Virus record (IMG/VR): IMGVR_UViG_3300043419_000448
Span: 743-64,742 of that record
DNA length: 64,000 nt
From: a virus
Taxonomy: Duplodnaviria; Caudoviricetes
Reading direction: 5' to 3' (one strand)
The notes beneath the pieces were generated by a model. The model saw only the letters and a program-made list of their open reading frames with translations, was not told where the DNA came from and made no database searches. Shown piece by piece: positions 1 through 10,847 of the stretch; positions within the stretch are counted from its first letter, which is position 1; the number at the start of each line of letters is the position of its first letter. A program made the translations under genes and the position numbers.

Positions 1-81
1 CTTGACCTTTGGTCCGTCATTTTCGTACTTTGGCTTGTCGAGCAGGGCATTAATGTTCTTGAGTCCCTTTACTACGCTCAT
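1..81 (-). CDS. 5' part of probable single-stranded DNA-binding protein (runs off window)
   Basis: ATG at 81 preceded by AAAGGAG; reads MSVVKGLKNINALLDKPKYENDGPKVK; lies downstream of primase/helicase; product is from recalled similarity only. Confidence 0.45.
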   Translation of the reverse strand, partial: MSVVKGLKNINALLDKPKYENDGPKVK

Positions 82-105
82 ATTATTTCTCCTTTGGTTG
101 TTATA

Positions 106-1050
106 TTAGTTTAGCATAAGTGATATGGATTTGTCAAACTGGAACTCTAAATCTCTGAGTTCTTCATCTGACATGTCTCCAATATCTTTATACTGATTTT
201 TTAGTTTAATAACGGATACACGAGAAGAAAGTTTTTCAACTATTCTATCTTTCATGTTTCCTCCTGCTTCATCGTTATCTGCAACAACAATAATGTTATT
301 GAAGTACTTCTGAAGCAATTCTATTTGTGTATTTGAAACGTTGGCACCAAGAGTAGCAACCGCAGGCAAGCCTACTTGATCAAGCCTGATTGCATCAAAT
401 GATGACTCCACTACGTATACTCTATCAGATTTCTTGACTCTGTGCAAGTTAAATAGAGTCTTGCTCTTTGGAAGCCCTGGAGTATTCTTAAAGTCTTTTC
501 CCTCAACAGATCTTCCAACAAAGCCAATAGGGATTCCATCTGGACTGTGGACTGGAACTGTTACCATATCTTGCTTATCAGAATAACCTAAAGAGAATTT
601 CATCCAAGACTCCATCTCTATGTGTCTTGACCTAAAATAATTCTTTGGTCTATCCATTGATACTAGGTTTCCGTATAGTCTTTTTAAAATGTTGGTATCA
701 AATTGTTTAAACTCTTCTTCAACTATAAGACTTCTATTGATATCGTCAACTAGGTTAGTCAACTTTTCTTTAGACTTAATGTATCTTGCTGCCTCAAAGT
801 ATGTTCTTCCAGATGTATGCATCACTAATTCTATTAGGTCTGCAGTTTTCTGACAAGAGAAACAAAAGAACAATCCATTTAGTTTGTGAACTTCCCCTGC
901 TGGGGTTCTATGGTTATTGTGAAATGGGCAAAAGATTAGATAGTTATCAGACAGGTCTGACTCTACCTCTATACCCGATCCTGTAAGGATTCTTTTGACT
1001 TGGTCTGCGGTATAAAGATTGGATTCGTTCCGTCTATACCTGCTATCCAT
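106..1050 (-). CDS. dnaG: DNA primase (DnaG-type, CHC2 zinc finger + TOPRIM)
   Basis: CPFH...CFSC zinc motif, GFVGR, VVESSFDAI and ADNDEAG TOPRIM motifs. Confidence 0.9.
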   Translation of the reverse strand: MDSRYRRNESNLYTADQVKRILTGSGIEVESDLSDNYLIFCPFHNNHRTPAGEVHKLNGLFFCFSCQKTADLIELVMHTSGRTYFEAARYIKSKEKLTNLVDDINRSLIVEEEFKQFDTNILKRLYGNLVSMDRPKNYFRSRHIEMESWMKFSLGYSDKQDMVTVPVHSPDGIPIGFVGRSVEGKDFKNTPGLPKSKTLFNLHRVKKSDRVYVVESSFDAIRLDQVGLPAVATLGANVSNTQIELLQKYFNNIIVVADNDEAGGNMKDRIVEKLSSRVSVIKLKNQYKDIGDMSDEELRDLEFQFDKSISLMLN

Positions 1051-1322
1051 TCACTTTTCCTCTTCCCTGCGTAGACTGACTGTATTGATAATTCAAATTC
1101 GTAAAAGTTCTTAACACTATTATATCTTATTGTGAAGTCTGGGTCAAGATCAATTCTTGGCACATATCCACTTAGTTTCATTTCTGATACTAATAATCTT
1201 ATATATTCTATTTTAAGCCTGCCGATAACAGAATCATCATGAATGACTCCGCTAAGGTAAAACCTTTTTATGGGTTTATGATGGTAAAACGTAGGTGGCA
1301 AGTTCTCCTTATTTTTTGACAT
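969..1322 (-). CDS. hypothetical protein in replication module
   Basis: 117-aa ORF between helicase and primase; TATAAT 5 nt before ATG. Confidence 0.65.
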   Translation of the reverse strand: MSKNKENLPPTFYHHKPIKRFYLSGVIHDDSVIGRLKIEYIRLLVSEMKLSGYVPRIDLDPDFTIRYNSVKNFYEFELSIQSVYAGKRKSEWIAGIDGTNPIFIPQTKSKESLQDRV

Positions 1323-1334
1323 ATCATATTATAA

Positions 1335-2555
1335 CTACTTATCTTCAAAGTCTTTATACCTATAATATCCCTTATCAAAGTCACACTGGACTAAGAAGTC
1401 TCCCATGAACCCGTTACGGTTCTTTCGGAATGCACACTCAATGATATCACTGTTGGTCCCACGGCCCAAGGCAAGGACCCAGTCAGCATCGTAAGCAATC
1501 TGTCTAGACCATGCTGTTTGACCCAGCGTAGGTACCGTAGAGAGGTCGTTAACGTCATCTGGTGTCGCTGATGAGATAGCAATAATAGGCACCTCTTCAC
1601 CAATAGCCATGAGTTTAAGTTCTCGTGAAAGGTTCTTCATTCGTACCGTTTCATTGTCTGACTTCTGATTAGGAGCCATCAACTGTAGGTAGTCTACGAT
1701 TACAAAGTCTGGCTTGTACTGATCAATCTTTCCACGAAGAACAGAAGGGTTGATCTCTCCACCACTATCATTTGATATGATGTGAAACTCTGGCTTACCC
1801 TGAAGGTTCTTTGCATGCCAGTCTTTCAGCATATCTATCTCAATTTCACCATTACTAATTTTACGGTGTGACCAACGACCTTCACCCATAATTGTAAATA
1901 CACGATTTCGAACTTCTGTCTCACTCATTTCAAGCGAGATTACCATTGGACTCTTGCCCTGCTTCCAAGCCTGGACTGCAAAGTATAGAGCAAGCCAAGA
2001 CTTTCCAATTCCTGGATATGCAAGAAAAACTCCAAGTTGTCCTGGCATAATTCCAGATGGTAGGTAGTTATCAAATCCTGGCAAACCTGTTTTGATTCCA
2101 GACAAACCAAGTGACTGCTGGACCTTAACATTTTCAAAATAAGCAATTGCAGATTCAAGATCTGTTACATCAATATCACGAATCGCAGAAGTGTTCTTCT
2201 TTAGTTCTGATGTCTTTGTAATAAGATCATTTAAAGCAACTGTTCCCTGATTATTTTGGACATTGCTTGCTGCTGATCTTAGGATATCTTTTAGGCTGTC
2301 ATTTAGATACTCTCCTTGCAGTTCTTCAAGGTGATGCTTAGTTGCACCAACATTTGGAACTGGCTCAAAATCTCTAAACTTTTCTGTAACTAATTCTGCT
2401 GGCGGAAGACTTGCATTATTTTCAAAGTATAGACGAATGAATTGCCAAATGTCTCCATGAGTTCTAAGAAGGTTATCCATGTTAGCCTGTAGCAAAACAT
2501 GCATCTGCTTATCTTGAAGTACTGCCGTAATCAACTTTGACTCTGTACTATTCAC
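1335..2555 (-). CDS. dnaB: DnaB-like replicative helicase
   Basis: Walker A AYPGIGKS, ISLEMS, VIVDYLQLM, YDAD, KNRNG motifs. Confidence 0.92.
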   Translation of the reverse strand: MNSTESKLITAVLQDKQMHVLLQANMDNLLRTHGDIWQFIRLYFENNASLPPAELVTEKFRDFEPVPNVGATKHHLEELQGEYLNDSLKDILRSAASNVQNNQGTVALNDLITKTSELKKNTSAIRDIDVTDLESAIAYFENVKVQQSLGLSGIKTGLPGFDNYLPSGIMPGQLGVFLAYPGIGKSWLALYFAVQAWKQGKSPMVISLEMSETEVRNRVFTIMGEGRWSHRKISNGEIEIDMLKDWHAKNLQGKPEFHIISNDSGGEINPSVLRGKIDQYKPDFVIVDYLQLMAPNQKSDNETVRMKNLSRELKLMAIGEEVPIIAISSATPDDVNDLSTVPTLGQTAWSRQIAYDADWVLALGRGTNSDIIECAFRKNRNGFMGDFLVQCDFDKGYYRYKDFEDK

Positions 2556-2856
2556 TTAGCCACTCCCTTGCCATTCGTCTGCGTTCTTCTCTTTCTGCGC
2601 TATCTTTTATTTTATCTCTTTGTGCCTGTAATATTTTTTCTGCATTGTATGCAAAGTAATTCCAAGATGGACTCTCTGCGACTGAAAAGTAATACTCAAG
2701 TATATCGTAACATCCTGGTAAAGTGTAGGACTCAACTAGGGCATCTGAAGCCCATTGCTCTACATTTAAATTAAGGGATGGCTTTGATTCGTACCTTGCG
2801 GTATGATACTTGCTGTATCTTGAAAGCAAAGCCATACGGTCTTTGCGTTCAGCCAT
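2548..2856 (-). CDS. hypothetical protein (possible helicase accessory)
   Basis: 102 aa, overlaps helicase start. Confidence 0.6.
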   Translation of the reverse strand: MAERKDRMALLSRYSKYHTARYESKPSLNLNVEQWASDALVESYTLPGCYDILEYYFSVAESPSWNYFAYNAEKILQAQRDKIKDSAEREERRRMAREWLSE

Positions 2857-3065
2857 TATGCTTCGGCAGCCTCTTCTTGTGCTTCCTTGATCTTGTCTGT
2901 AAGTTTATCTTCAACAAACTTGTAGACACGCTCAAAAGCCTGATCGATGTTCTCTCCATTGCGCTTTGCATCAACAACACCAAGGTCTAGTCGTAGTGAC
3001 TGAAAGTTGCCAAGGTTTAGTGTGTATCCAAGTGTTACAGATACCTTTGTCTCTTCGTTTTCCAT
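2856..3065 (-). CDS. small hypothetical protein
   Basis: likely start MENEETK at 3065 after GAAGGG; stop overlaps next ATG. Confidence 0.6.
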   Translation of the reverse strand: MENEETKVSVTLGYTLNLGNFQSLRLDLGVVDAKRNGENIDQAFERVYKFVEDKLTDKIKEAQEEAAEA

Positions 3066-3078
3066 TTTATACCCTTCG

Positions 3079-3621
3079 TTAAATAGATTCATTCCAGATT
3101 GGAATAAATCGCCCATCTTCTGTTCTCCTATATGTAAGTATACCATCGCCCATTCTTCGTGTCAACTCTTGCTTGCTGGGCGTAATATCATTAGTAATTA
3201 ACTTATCTTTTCTTGGTCTACCAATATGGTATGAAGCAAGTATATCACGTATCTCTCTTACTTGCGATTCAGAGTAGTATGATCTTACCTGAAACCCTCT
3301 AGCCCCACCCTTTTGCGATCCCGTTGGAAATGGGATGACTCCCCGCTTCATTAAGTCTGGCATATATTTCTTATGACGATTAACTAATTCAGCAGTCTGG
3401 CCAACTGTATATGCTCGTTCTCTTTTATTTTTAAATTCATTAATTAAACAACTTTCGATTTGATCTTTTGTAATATTATAAACAGACATTATCCCATTAG
3501 AATGATTATAGTGATGTATTCTAACAAGGTCTCCATTTAGAAACCAAACTTTTTTGTTACCTGGTATTACAGGTGACTCATTGTATTTTTCGCTCTCAAT
3601 AGTTCCTTTTTTAGTAACCAT
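3079..3621 (-). CDS. MerR/excisionase-like HTH DNA-binding protein
   Basis: AYTVGQTAELVNRH...LMKRGVIP...YYSESQVREI winged-HTH pattern; GGAGG SD. Confidence 0.65.
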   Translation of the reverse strand: MVTKKGTIESEKYNESPVIPGNKKVWFLNGDLVRIHHYNHSNGIMSVYNITKDQIESCLINEFKNKRERAYTVGQTAELVNRHKKYMPDLMKRGVIPFPTGSQKGGARGFQVRSYYSESQVREIRDILASYHIGRPRKDKLITNDITPSKQELTRRMGDGILTYRRTEDGRFIPIWNESI

Positions 3622-3758
3622 TGTCCCTCCAAAGTGTGGCTAGGCGGATGGAAAAAAAATCTTGAACCGCATGTCATACAATATACTTCTAGATGATTAA
3701 TCTCAGTATACTGTCTATCTACAAATAATCTTCCTTTGCATTTATTACATGTCATCAT
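3567..3758 (-). CDS. zinc-ribbon protein
   Basis: CNKC...CMTCG. Confidence 0.6.
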   Translation of the reverse strand: MMTCNKCKGRLFVDRQYTEINHLEVYCMTCGSRFFFHPPSHTLEGQWLLKKELLRAKNTMSHL

Positions 3759-4201
3759 TAGTTTGGTATTCCAACTATGATGATGTTAATTCCAATAGTA
3801 GTATCTCCACCACTATTAAATTTAACCGTTCCTTCTAGTCTTGAAGTTGATATGCTATTGATAGTTACAGAAACATCTTTTCCAGCATCTGTATTTCCAA
3901 TGTTAATTGGTGTTGCTGTAACTACTGGGGCAAACTTAAAGTCTGTTCCAAAATCATAGAAGAATGGCTCTGTAGATCCTGCTGTTTTTGTTACGCTTGT
4001 TGTTACCTGCTTATACCCTCCGATTACACGAGCCTCTGATATCTTTACGCTTTGCTTTCCAGATACTGGTGTGTCGACTGTGACATACTTGTTTGTTGAT
4101 GTAGATACCTGAGAAGATAGATCATTAATAGCCTTAACAATCTGATAAATATATGTTACATCAAGGGGTTGCCCACGCTCTGGTACAGGTAATATTGCCA
4201 T
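3758..4201 (-). CDS. minor tail/fibre-associated protein (beta-rich C-terminus)
   Basis: end of tail module; FKFAPVVTAT...INIIIVG lectin-like pattern. Confidence 0.55.
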   Translation of the reverse strand: MAILPVPERGQPLDVTYIYQIVKAINDLSSQVSTSTNKYVTVDTPVSGKQSVKISEARVIGGYKQVTTSVTKTAGSTEPFFYDFGTDFKFAPVVTATPINIGNTDAGKDVSVTINSISTSRLEGTVKFNSGGDTTIGINIIIVGIPN

Positions 4202-4207
4202 ACTACA

Positions 4208-4216
4208 ATTATACCA
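4208..4216 (-). promoter_or_regulatory. extended -10 element TGGTATAAT, leaderless spacing
   Basis: 6 nt before ATG at 4201; overlaps Val-stop codons of upstream gene. Confidence 0.65.
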
Positions 4217-4646
4217 GAGACCTAGTTGAGGATTCGAACACTTTAAGTGCTGTGCTAATTGCTGGCTTTATAGATGCTAATTGGACTATCACTTTAACAG
4301 ATTGAGGACTTCCAGTCTTCAAAAATGAAAAACTTGTTCCTGTTGTTATACCAATATGTACTGGCTCTGCAGAGTCATACTTGGCAAAAATATCATACTT
4401 CGTTTGCTCTGTTGGATTGGATGAGTTAGACCAGTTAACAAATATTGTATTTCCAACTACCTCTATATCACCTGGCAGTTCTTTTACTGTTTGTGAATCT
4501 ACCACTAAAAAAATTTGAGACCACGCTGACTTTCTATTTTTATCTTCAGCAACCATTCTGAATCGCACAACTCTTCCGTTGTCTTGTGTTACCTTGCCTA
4601 GTAATTCTTTTTTAATTACAACATTTTTAATTCCTGGATCTGCCAT
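4209..4646 (-). CDS. minor tail protein (Ig/Fn3-like)
   Basis: 145 aa, beta-rich, tail module. Confidence 0.55.
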   Translation of the reverse strand: MADPGIKNVVIKKELLGKVTQDNGRVVRFRMVAEDKNRKSAWSQIFLVVDSQTVKELPGDIEVVGNTIFVNWSNSSNPTEQTKYDIFAKYDSAEPVHIGITTGTSFSFLKTGSPQSVKVIVQLASIKPAISTALKVFESSTRSLV

Positions 4647-6013
4647 CAGAGCACATCCAATGCAAACCTGAACTCAATATAGTTTGTGGTGTTTGCTGAT
4701 TTAATAACTGTTTTTGCTTGTGGTGTTCTCATTACTGAGTATCCAGTTAATCCATATATAGAATTTGTTGATGTAACATTTTCAAGTCTAAAACCATCAA
4801 GACAAACATAAAAATCTTCTGTTGGCTCTGTGCTTCCATCTTTGACAACAGATGCGTAGATTCTTACAGTGTTGATCTCTGACCAAGAGAAGTCAGAACT
4901 CTTCTGCAACTCTTGAAGTTGTTTTGATACTACAAAGTATCTATTAGTTGCAAAGTTATTATTTGTATCATCAACAACTGCTTCAAAGATTGCCCATTTT
5001 CCATTTTTAAAAGTTCCTGTTGAGGAAAACTCAACAATAATCCTAACAGACTTTGGCTGAGTTACTGAGTCTCCAATTCTGTTTACAACAGAAAATGCAA
5101 GTCTTAACTCGTCTGTTGGAGAGTTCTTGCTAAAGTCAACGGATGTATCACTTAGTTGTATAAAATTTGAAGGCTTGTTTGTTGCTATGTTTACTGCGTC
5201 AAGGTGCCCATTAGAATCTATAGATATTTTAGAATTGTTTCCAGATATAGCAAATATGTTATTTAAGAATCTGCATCGTTCATATCTATTAACTCTATTT
5301 GAGTTTGTAAAAATTTTGTTATCTGCGTTTGTTTGAAACACTGGATATACTTGACTAATTATATTTGTCTCTACATCGTTAATCAAATATCCAGATGAAG
5401 AAAATGTTCCAGTCACTGCTGCTGGAGCGGTAACGGTAAATGTTGTTGAGGTAGGAGTTGTGGCAATTGCTATATCAGACAAGTTAAATACAGATGGGGA
5501 TACACCTGAAATAGATATTCTAGTTCCAGAAGCAAGACCATACGCTGCATCAGTTGTGTATGTAATCGTAGTTCCAGAAGCAACTGCATTTGTTATTTTT
5601 ACTACACGATCATCTAGAGGCTCATAGATTGATGGAATTTCTGCTCCTTGAGAAGAATATTTCCATGCCTCTGAATCAGAAAAAGAGTAGACAGTCTTAC
5701 TGTCAAATGATCCTGCTGAAGGATTCGATGCACCAGAGAATAAACCAACCTCTGTAATCTCATATCTTTCTTGTGTAGGGAGTTCTGCTGTTAATACAAT
5801 CTTTGACACTCCAGATTCATCTACAAATCCCCTTGAAATAATTGGGACACGAAACATTTCAAAGTCAAGTGATTGCTTATCTGAGTAGTCAACTGCTGCA
5901 CTGTCTACTGCAACAGGCTTAGGTCCACAGCCTACTGCAATATGGGAGGCATAAGATGCTGTTTGTCCTACCAGGTATTTGGCAAGAATATTTTTGCCTG
6001 TATTAGTTATCAT
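4646..6013 (-). CDS. minor tail/baseplate protein
   Basis: N-terminal MITNTGKNILAKYL...YEITEVGLF tail-collar-like motif. Confidence 0.65.
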   Translation of the reverse strand: MITNTGKNILAKYLVGQTASYASHIAVGCGPKPVAVDSAAVDYSDKQSLDFEMFRVPIISRGFVDESGVSKIVLTAELPTQERYEITEVGLFSGASNPSAGSFDSKTVYSFSDSEAWKYSSQGAEIPSIYEPLDDRVVKITNAVASGTTITYTTDAAYGLASGTRISISGVSPSVFNLSDIAIATTPTSTTFTVTAPAAVTGTFSSSGYLINDVETNIISQVYPVFQTNADNKIFTNSNRVNRYERCRFLNNIFAISGNNSKISIDSNGHLDAVNIATNKPSNFIQLSDTSVDFSKNSPTDELRLAFSVVNRIGDSVTQPKSVRIIVEFSSTGTFKNGKWAIFEAVVDDTNNNFATNRYFVVSKQLQELQKSSDFSWSEINTVRIYASVVKDGSTEPTEDFYVCLDGFRLENVTSTNSIYGLTGYSVMRTPQAKTVIKSANTTNYIEFRFALDVL

Positions 6014-6558
6014 TAATTTCCTCCACTATATATTGTATCATCAAAAACTTCTCCACTTGTCAATATCTGAACCTCTGCCTGTTCGCCTTCTTTTACATTT
6101 ATAAGATTAATTATTAAGTCTCCACTAATTGGATCAATATATACTGACTTGCAGTTTGGCACCTTTGTCCACTTAGTCTTGTCTGGCTCCCCCGCTTTTT
6201 CAATAAGGTCATACCCATTACCACACACTGGGAGCCTGTCTAATATAGAAATAGGGAGTGACTTAAAATATGAGTCTGAAGACTGTAGTCTTAAAATATT
6301 GTTTGGGTTATATTGCAAATACAAATCAGTTAAATTTTTAATAGGGTTATAAACTACCTTTTGTCCATTTACTAAGTCATGTCTAGATATAGTTGCTAGT
6401 TCCTGACCTCCTATATCTTCAAATATAAGATCAGTCATTATCTCAATAGACATGACCTCATCACCCTTAATAATAAGATCTGGTGTTGCAATTTTTACGC
6501 TATTATTAGTTGACGAAGACTGTGGGTCTGGAAGATTTGCTGTTGCACTTGTTGACAT
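6013..6558 (-). CDS. minor tail protein
   Basis: 181 aa, translationally coupled in tail operon. Confidence 0.55.
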   Translation of the reverse strand: MSTSATANLPDPQSSSTNNSVKIATPDLIIKGDEVMSIEIMTDLIFEDIGGQELATISRHDLVNGQKVVYNPIKNLTDLYLQYNPNNILRLQSSDSYFKSLPISILDRLPVCGNGYDLIEKAGEPDKTKWTKVPNCKSVYIDPISGDLIINLINVKEGEQAEVQILTSGEVFDDTIYSGGN

Positions 6559-9500
6559 TAAACTACCTCACTTAAAAATACTGTCATGCTTGGTCCATCT
6601 GAACTCTTTGAATAGTCTATATTATATACTACAAACCTTGTTGAAGGAGAAGATGCCATGTTTATTCCATTTTCTTCATAGTCAAGCGTAACAATATCTC
6701 CTAGTTGAATTGTTGGGATTGCAAATATCTGCACACCAACAGAAATTCTTGGCTTTGTTATTTTTTCAACTAACCATTTCATTAGACTGGTTGCTTCATC
6801 GTACGACTGAATATATGGAGTACTTAGAGAAAAATCTTTCTTACCGTAAGTCATGCGACTTAACTTTATATCTTGATAGTCTTGCTTAAACTTATAAGGG
6901 TTTGATATTAATTTATCAGAAACAAATTGAGGGTTAGAGGTTGTGGTGTTTTTATTAAAATAATCATCAACACTTAGCCTATTGTCAGACTGCTGTGTAA
7001 ATGTTACACCTTGCACTCTTAGATAGTTTCCAGTAGTCTCATCTAAACTGATTGCTGTATCTGTTGAGTTGAAGATAATAAACTCTGCCCCATACGATCC
7101 CGCTCTAAATCCAGAAACAACGTATCCCTTAATCTTATTAAATGTAGGGGATATCTTTGCTGTAAGCGCTGGAAAAGCCTTGTCATATTTAAAATTAAAT
7201 ATTGCTGCTTCTCTCATAATGCTTCCAAACTCTTCAAAATATATGTTGTACTTTGGTGCTTCAGATGCTCCTATGCCAGAAAGATATGTGTCCTGGATCA
7301 ATCCGCTAAGGGCATACTTTCTAAATGACTCATTTGCATCGATATCAGAATCTCCAAAAACAGAATTTACTGGAGCGCCCAAAGAGAAGGTTGTGTTTTG
7401 TGAATAGTTGTTGCAAAGTGCATAAACATTTTCAAACATTATTCTAGACGACCCTCTTGAAAATAGCGCTAGGTTTGAATAAACTGGAAGCGGATCAAGG
7501 TCATCTACAGTTTTAATTAGTTTACCATTTAGATATAAATAAAACCTTCTTAACTTTCCAATATCCTCATACTCTGCTGCAAGGTCATAGACAGTTGAAT
7601 TTTCTTCTGCAACAATTCTTGCTTGACCAGTAAACTTTCCATCGTCTACAGTAATTTCTCCAAGACCTTCCCAAAGTTTAATTGGGATAGCCTTGCCACC
7701 TTCTGATTTAATCTTATAAAAGAAAACATTGCTAACGCTTTGTCTTTCATCTTTAGATAAATTGCCTAGGCCCAGTGCTGCTATTTCAAAATAGTACCCA
7801 ACGTTTGTTGTTGGATTTAGCATGAATGAAAGACCTCCAGAGCCTCCAGAGACATTTATATTTTTATCTGGTGTGCTCCCATTAACAACATACATAGTAG
7901 TAGACCCGTTAGATGTCTGGCCTCTATCTTCATTGTTTTCTATTTTACCAACAATTCTCATTCTGGTTCCAAAGTGCTTATACTTTTTTTCTTCTAGTGA
8001 CTTAGAAACATAAGAAATAAAGTCTCTTGGCTTTTCTTTTGTTGTAAAGTTTGGTCCAGTTAGAGAAAGAGCAGATGACTGAAGCGTTCCTGTTGGGACA
8101 GGATTTGCTGTACTAACTTCTCCTGTAAAAGAAGTTGACATAAAGTTTTTAATAATACCACTTCTAGAAGAAGTCTTTGCTAGAGCGTCAGATGAAACTC
8201 CAGACTCTGTTAACTTGCCAGCCGATGCAACCGTTGTTGTTGGTAACGTTAAATTCTTTTCAAATAGGTATTGAGATGACATAGAGCATCCCTTAACATT
8301 GTCATCAGATTTCCAGTAGTCAGATATTCCAGCACTATGTGCTACAACAGTAGTTCCAAACTGACCACGACCATGCTTTTGAACTGGTCCATTTTGAAGT
8401 TTTACAACACCATCTTTTTCAAAATACTTTGGCTCAGAATATATTCTAACTAGTCCTGTTGGATATATCTTACCATTAAAAGGAAGTTTGGCAAAATAAT
8501 TTTGATAGTCTTCAGTTGATGTTATCCATACGTTGCCGAACCCAGAAACATTATATTGAACTGCATCATACTTGATCACTTCTCCCTGAGAATAAAAGTA
8601 TCCATTGTATCTTGTGATCCAGTATGCTGCTTCGCCAAGACTAAAGGTATTGTTTATCATAACGTTGTTCTTTACTTCTGGAACGGCTGCAGATAGGTTT
8701 GACGTAAGGGGAATAGCGCTAAGGACATATGATGACTGAGTGCCAACCTCATTATTAATAGACTTTGTGTTTTGAGTTCCAGCAACCTCCCAGAGGAGGA
8801 CTGGCTTATAGGTATAGTACCTCTCATCATCGACAAGGCTTGCCTGTCTAAGAGATCCGATAGATCTTTGAATGTATCGTGTACTATAGTTAATTACGCC
8901 ATCATTGTATGCCGCATTTTCTTGAGTTGATACAGAAATAACATTTGCCAACTTAGGCTTATTTGTTTTGTTTGCTATCTTTCCATCTTGCACAAAATCT
9001 TTTGTCCCACTTAAGGCAAAGGTTGTAGGTCTTTCTGATATGCTTGGCATAATATAATTCTTGCTCATCATTACAAAATTATTATACTCGTCAAAGAACA
9101 TTGCTGTCTGAGTTGAAACAGCCAAGTCTTGAAGCACTTGAGCAACGCTAGTATCTGGACCAACAAAGAAGTACGGAATAATTATTTCTTTTTCATTAGC
9201 AACTCTTTTAAATGTATAGTTAGAAAATCCAATATGGTCTAGCAACAACGATACTGCAGAACTAACAGAAACTTCTGTCATTAAAATCTCAGGAGCAGTT
9301 ATTGATTCAAGGTACCAATACAGGTCTCTCAAATTTATTGATACCTGCTTTGTCATTAAGTCTTGCTTTGGAAATGAGTCAGAGTATAATGTTTTAATTG
9401 GAACATAGTAATCCCACCCATCTACATCAACTATAACCTCATAGAACTTAAACTGAACATGTCTTGCAATATATTTTGCAATAATGCTTGTAGAGTTATT

Positions 9501-10847
9501 TGGATTAAATGCTTGATCATGATCAAAAATTGTTATGCTTCCATTTGACGCTATGAGTTGTCCAACTGGCAAACCAGATATTCCTAGGTCTGAAGCGCTT
9601 TTGTTTACAGAGTATTCTAGAGTTTTGTCAGAAACATTTAAAACAAGTCTTGGAGATATTTCTATAAGATCAAATGTAGAGTCTTTTTTGTTCATAGTCT
9701 CTACTACAATTCTAATTCCACTAAGGTAATCAAACTCTCTGAACTGTTTCTTACCATCTAGAGTTTTAATAAAAACATCTGGAGATGTTGCATCTATTAC
9801 AAAGTTTGTTAGTCTATCTACAGTCTCATCCTGAATGTACCAACCATACTTTGGATTAACTTCAACATACTTTATGCCGTCCCAAATATGGTAGACACCA
9901 GTGTCGTTACTATTGGCTTTGATAAGGTAGGCATAGCCAATAACAGACTGCTCTGGAAGCAGATCTTTGCTAGTGTATGTTTCTGCTAATACAAAACTTG
10001 ATCTCCACTCTTCTGGAATAATTAGTCCGTAAGCAATTTCCACATACCCATCACTCTTGATTACTGATGAACCATCTCTCCTTCTAATTGATGGATCGAA
10101 AGATATTATATTTTCCCAGTTGCCATCTTTTAAAAACTGTATCTTCCACTTGCTAGGAGTTTTTTGATTTAGTTCTCCGTAGAAAGGATCTACATATGAA
10201 CCAGTTGGTGATGAGAATGGTCCTAGGTTTTCTGTTCCTGTATGTGTTTGCATTTTAACTACAACACGATTTGCTGGAATCTTTTCTTTATAAACAACAA
10301 AAGGAACTGCATCCTCTATAGAGTACTGAGATCCACGAACATTTGAAGCAATGCCGTACTCTTCTCCAGACTCTGTTCTGTAAGATGTCCAATACTTAAA
10401 CTTGTCATTTTTATCTGGCATATAGTATCTAGGTCTATCTGCCATAACTAGGTTAGGGTGATGCAGTTTTCCATTTTCAAAAAACACTGCCTTATTTATT
10501 CCAGACCTAGGACGGAACTGGCCAAAACATTCTTCTAGTGAGTAAAGTGTTTGTAATTTTTCTTTTTTACTTAACAAGGTTGTAGGGATATCGTCGTTGT
10601 CAAATGTTCCATCAATAACAACATCTGCGTCTGTTGCTCCTGTATAAAAGTTTCCTGCATCATTAACATCAAAACTTGTTGGCAAAGAAGAATATACAGA
10701 CGTTGTTTGTGTTGGTCTATATCGATAGTTTCCTATTTGCTTTATGTTTGTAGGAATATTCATATTCCATTCAGCAGTTATGATTGACTTATTTCTTATT
10801 GTTGGAGATGTCTCTAAGAAATTTTGTAAGTCTTTGTCCTCAAACAT
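6558..10847 (-). CDS. large tail tip/hub protein
   Basis: 1429 aa, second gene after tape measure; AMFFDEYNNFV and PTIQLGDIVT hub-like motifs. Confidence 0.75.
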   Translation of the reverse strand: MFEDKDLQNFLETSPTIRNKSIITAEWNMNIPTNIKQIGNYRYRPTQTTSVYSSLPTSFDVNDAGNFYTGATDADVVIDGTFDNDDIPTTLLSKKEKLQTLYSLEECFGQFRPRSGINKAVFFENGKLHHPNLVMADRPRYYMPDKNDKFKYWTSYRTESGEEYGIASNVRGSQYSIEDAVPFVVYKEKIPANRVVVKMQTHTGTENLGPFSSPTGSYVDPFYGELNQKTPSKWKIQFLKDGNWENIISFDPSIRRRDGSSVIKSDGYVEIAYGLIIPEEWRSSFVLAETYTSKDLLPEQSVIGYAYLIKANSNDTGVYHIWDGIKYVEVNPKYGWYIQDETVDRLTNFVIDATSPDVFIKTLDGKKQFREFDYLSGIRIVVETMNKKDSTFDLIEISPRLVLNVSDKTLEYSVNKSASDLGISGLPVGQLIASNGSITIFDHDQAFNPNNSTSIIAKYIARHVQFKFYEVIVDVDGWDYYVPIKTLYSDSFPKQDLMTKQVSINLRDLYWYLESITAPEILMTEVSVSSAVSLLLDHIGFSNYTFKRVANEKEIIIPYFFVGPDTSVAQVLQDLAVSTQTAMFFDEYNNFVMMSKNYIMPSISERPTTFALSGTKDFVQDGKIANKTNKPKLANVISVSTQENAAYNDGVINYSTRYIQRSIGSLRQASLVDDERYYTYKPVLLWEVAGTQNTKSINNEVGTQSSYVLSAIPLTSNLSAAVPEVKNNVMINNTFSLGEAAYWITRYNGYFYSQGEVIKYDAVQYNVSGFGNVWITSTEDYQNYFAKLPFNGKIYPTGLVRIYSEPKYFEKDGVVKLQNGPVQKHGRGQFGTTVVAHSAGISDYWKSDDNVKGCSMSSQYLFEKNLTLPTTTVASAGKLTESGVSSDALAKTSSRSGIIKNFMSTSFTGEVSTANPVPTGTLQSSALSLTGPNFTTKEKPRDFISYVSKSLEEKKYKHFGTRMRIVGKIENNEDRGQTSNGSTTMYVVNGSTPDKNINVSGGSGGLSFMLNPTTNVGYYFEIAALGLGNLSKDERQSVSNVFFYKIKSEGGKAIPIKLWEGLGEITVDDGKFTGQARIVAEENSTVYDLAAEYEDIGKLRRFYLYLNGKLIKTVDDLDPLPVYSNLALFSRGSSRIMFENVYALCNNYSQNTTFSLGAPVNSVFGDSDIDANESFRKYALSGLIQDTYLSGIGASEAPKYNIYFEEFGSIMREAAIFNFKYDKAFPALTAKISPTFNKIKGYVVSGFRAGSYGAEFIIFNSTDTAISLDETTGNYLRVQGVTFTQQSDNRLSVDDYFNKNTTTSNPQFVSDKLISNPYKFKQDYQDIKLSRMTYGKKDFSLSTPYIQSYDEATSLMKWLVEKITKPRISVGVQIFAIPTIQLGDIVTLDYEENGINMASSPSTRFVVYNIDYSKSSDGPSMTVFLSEVV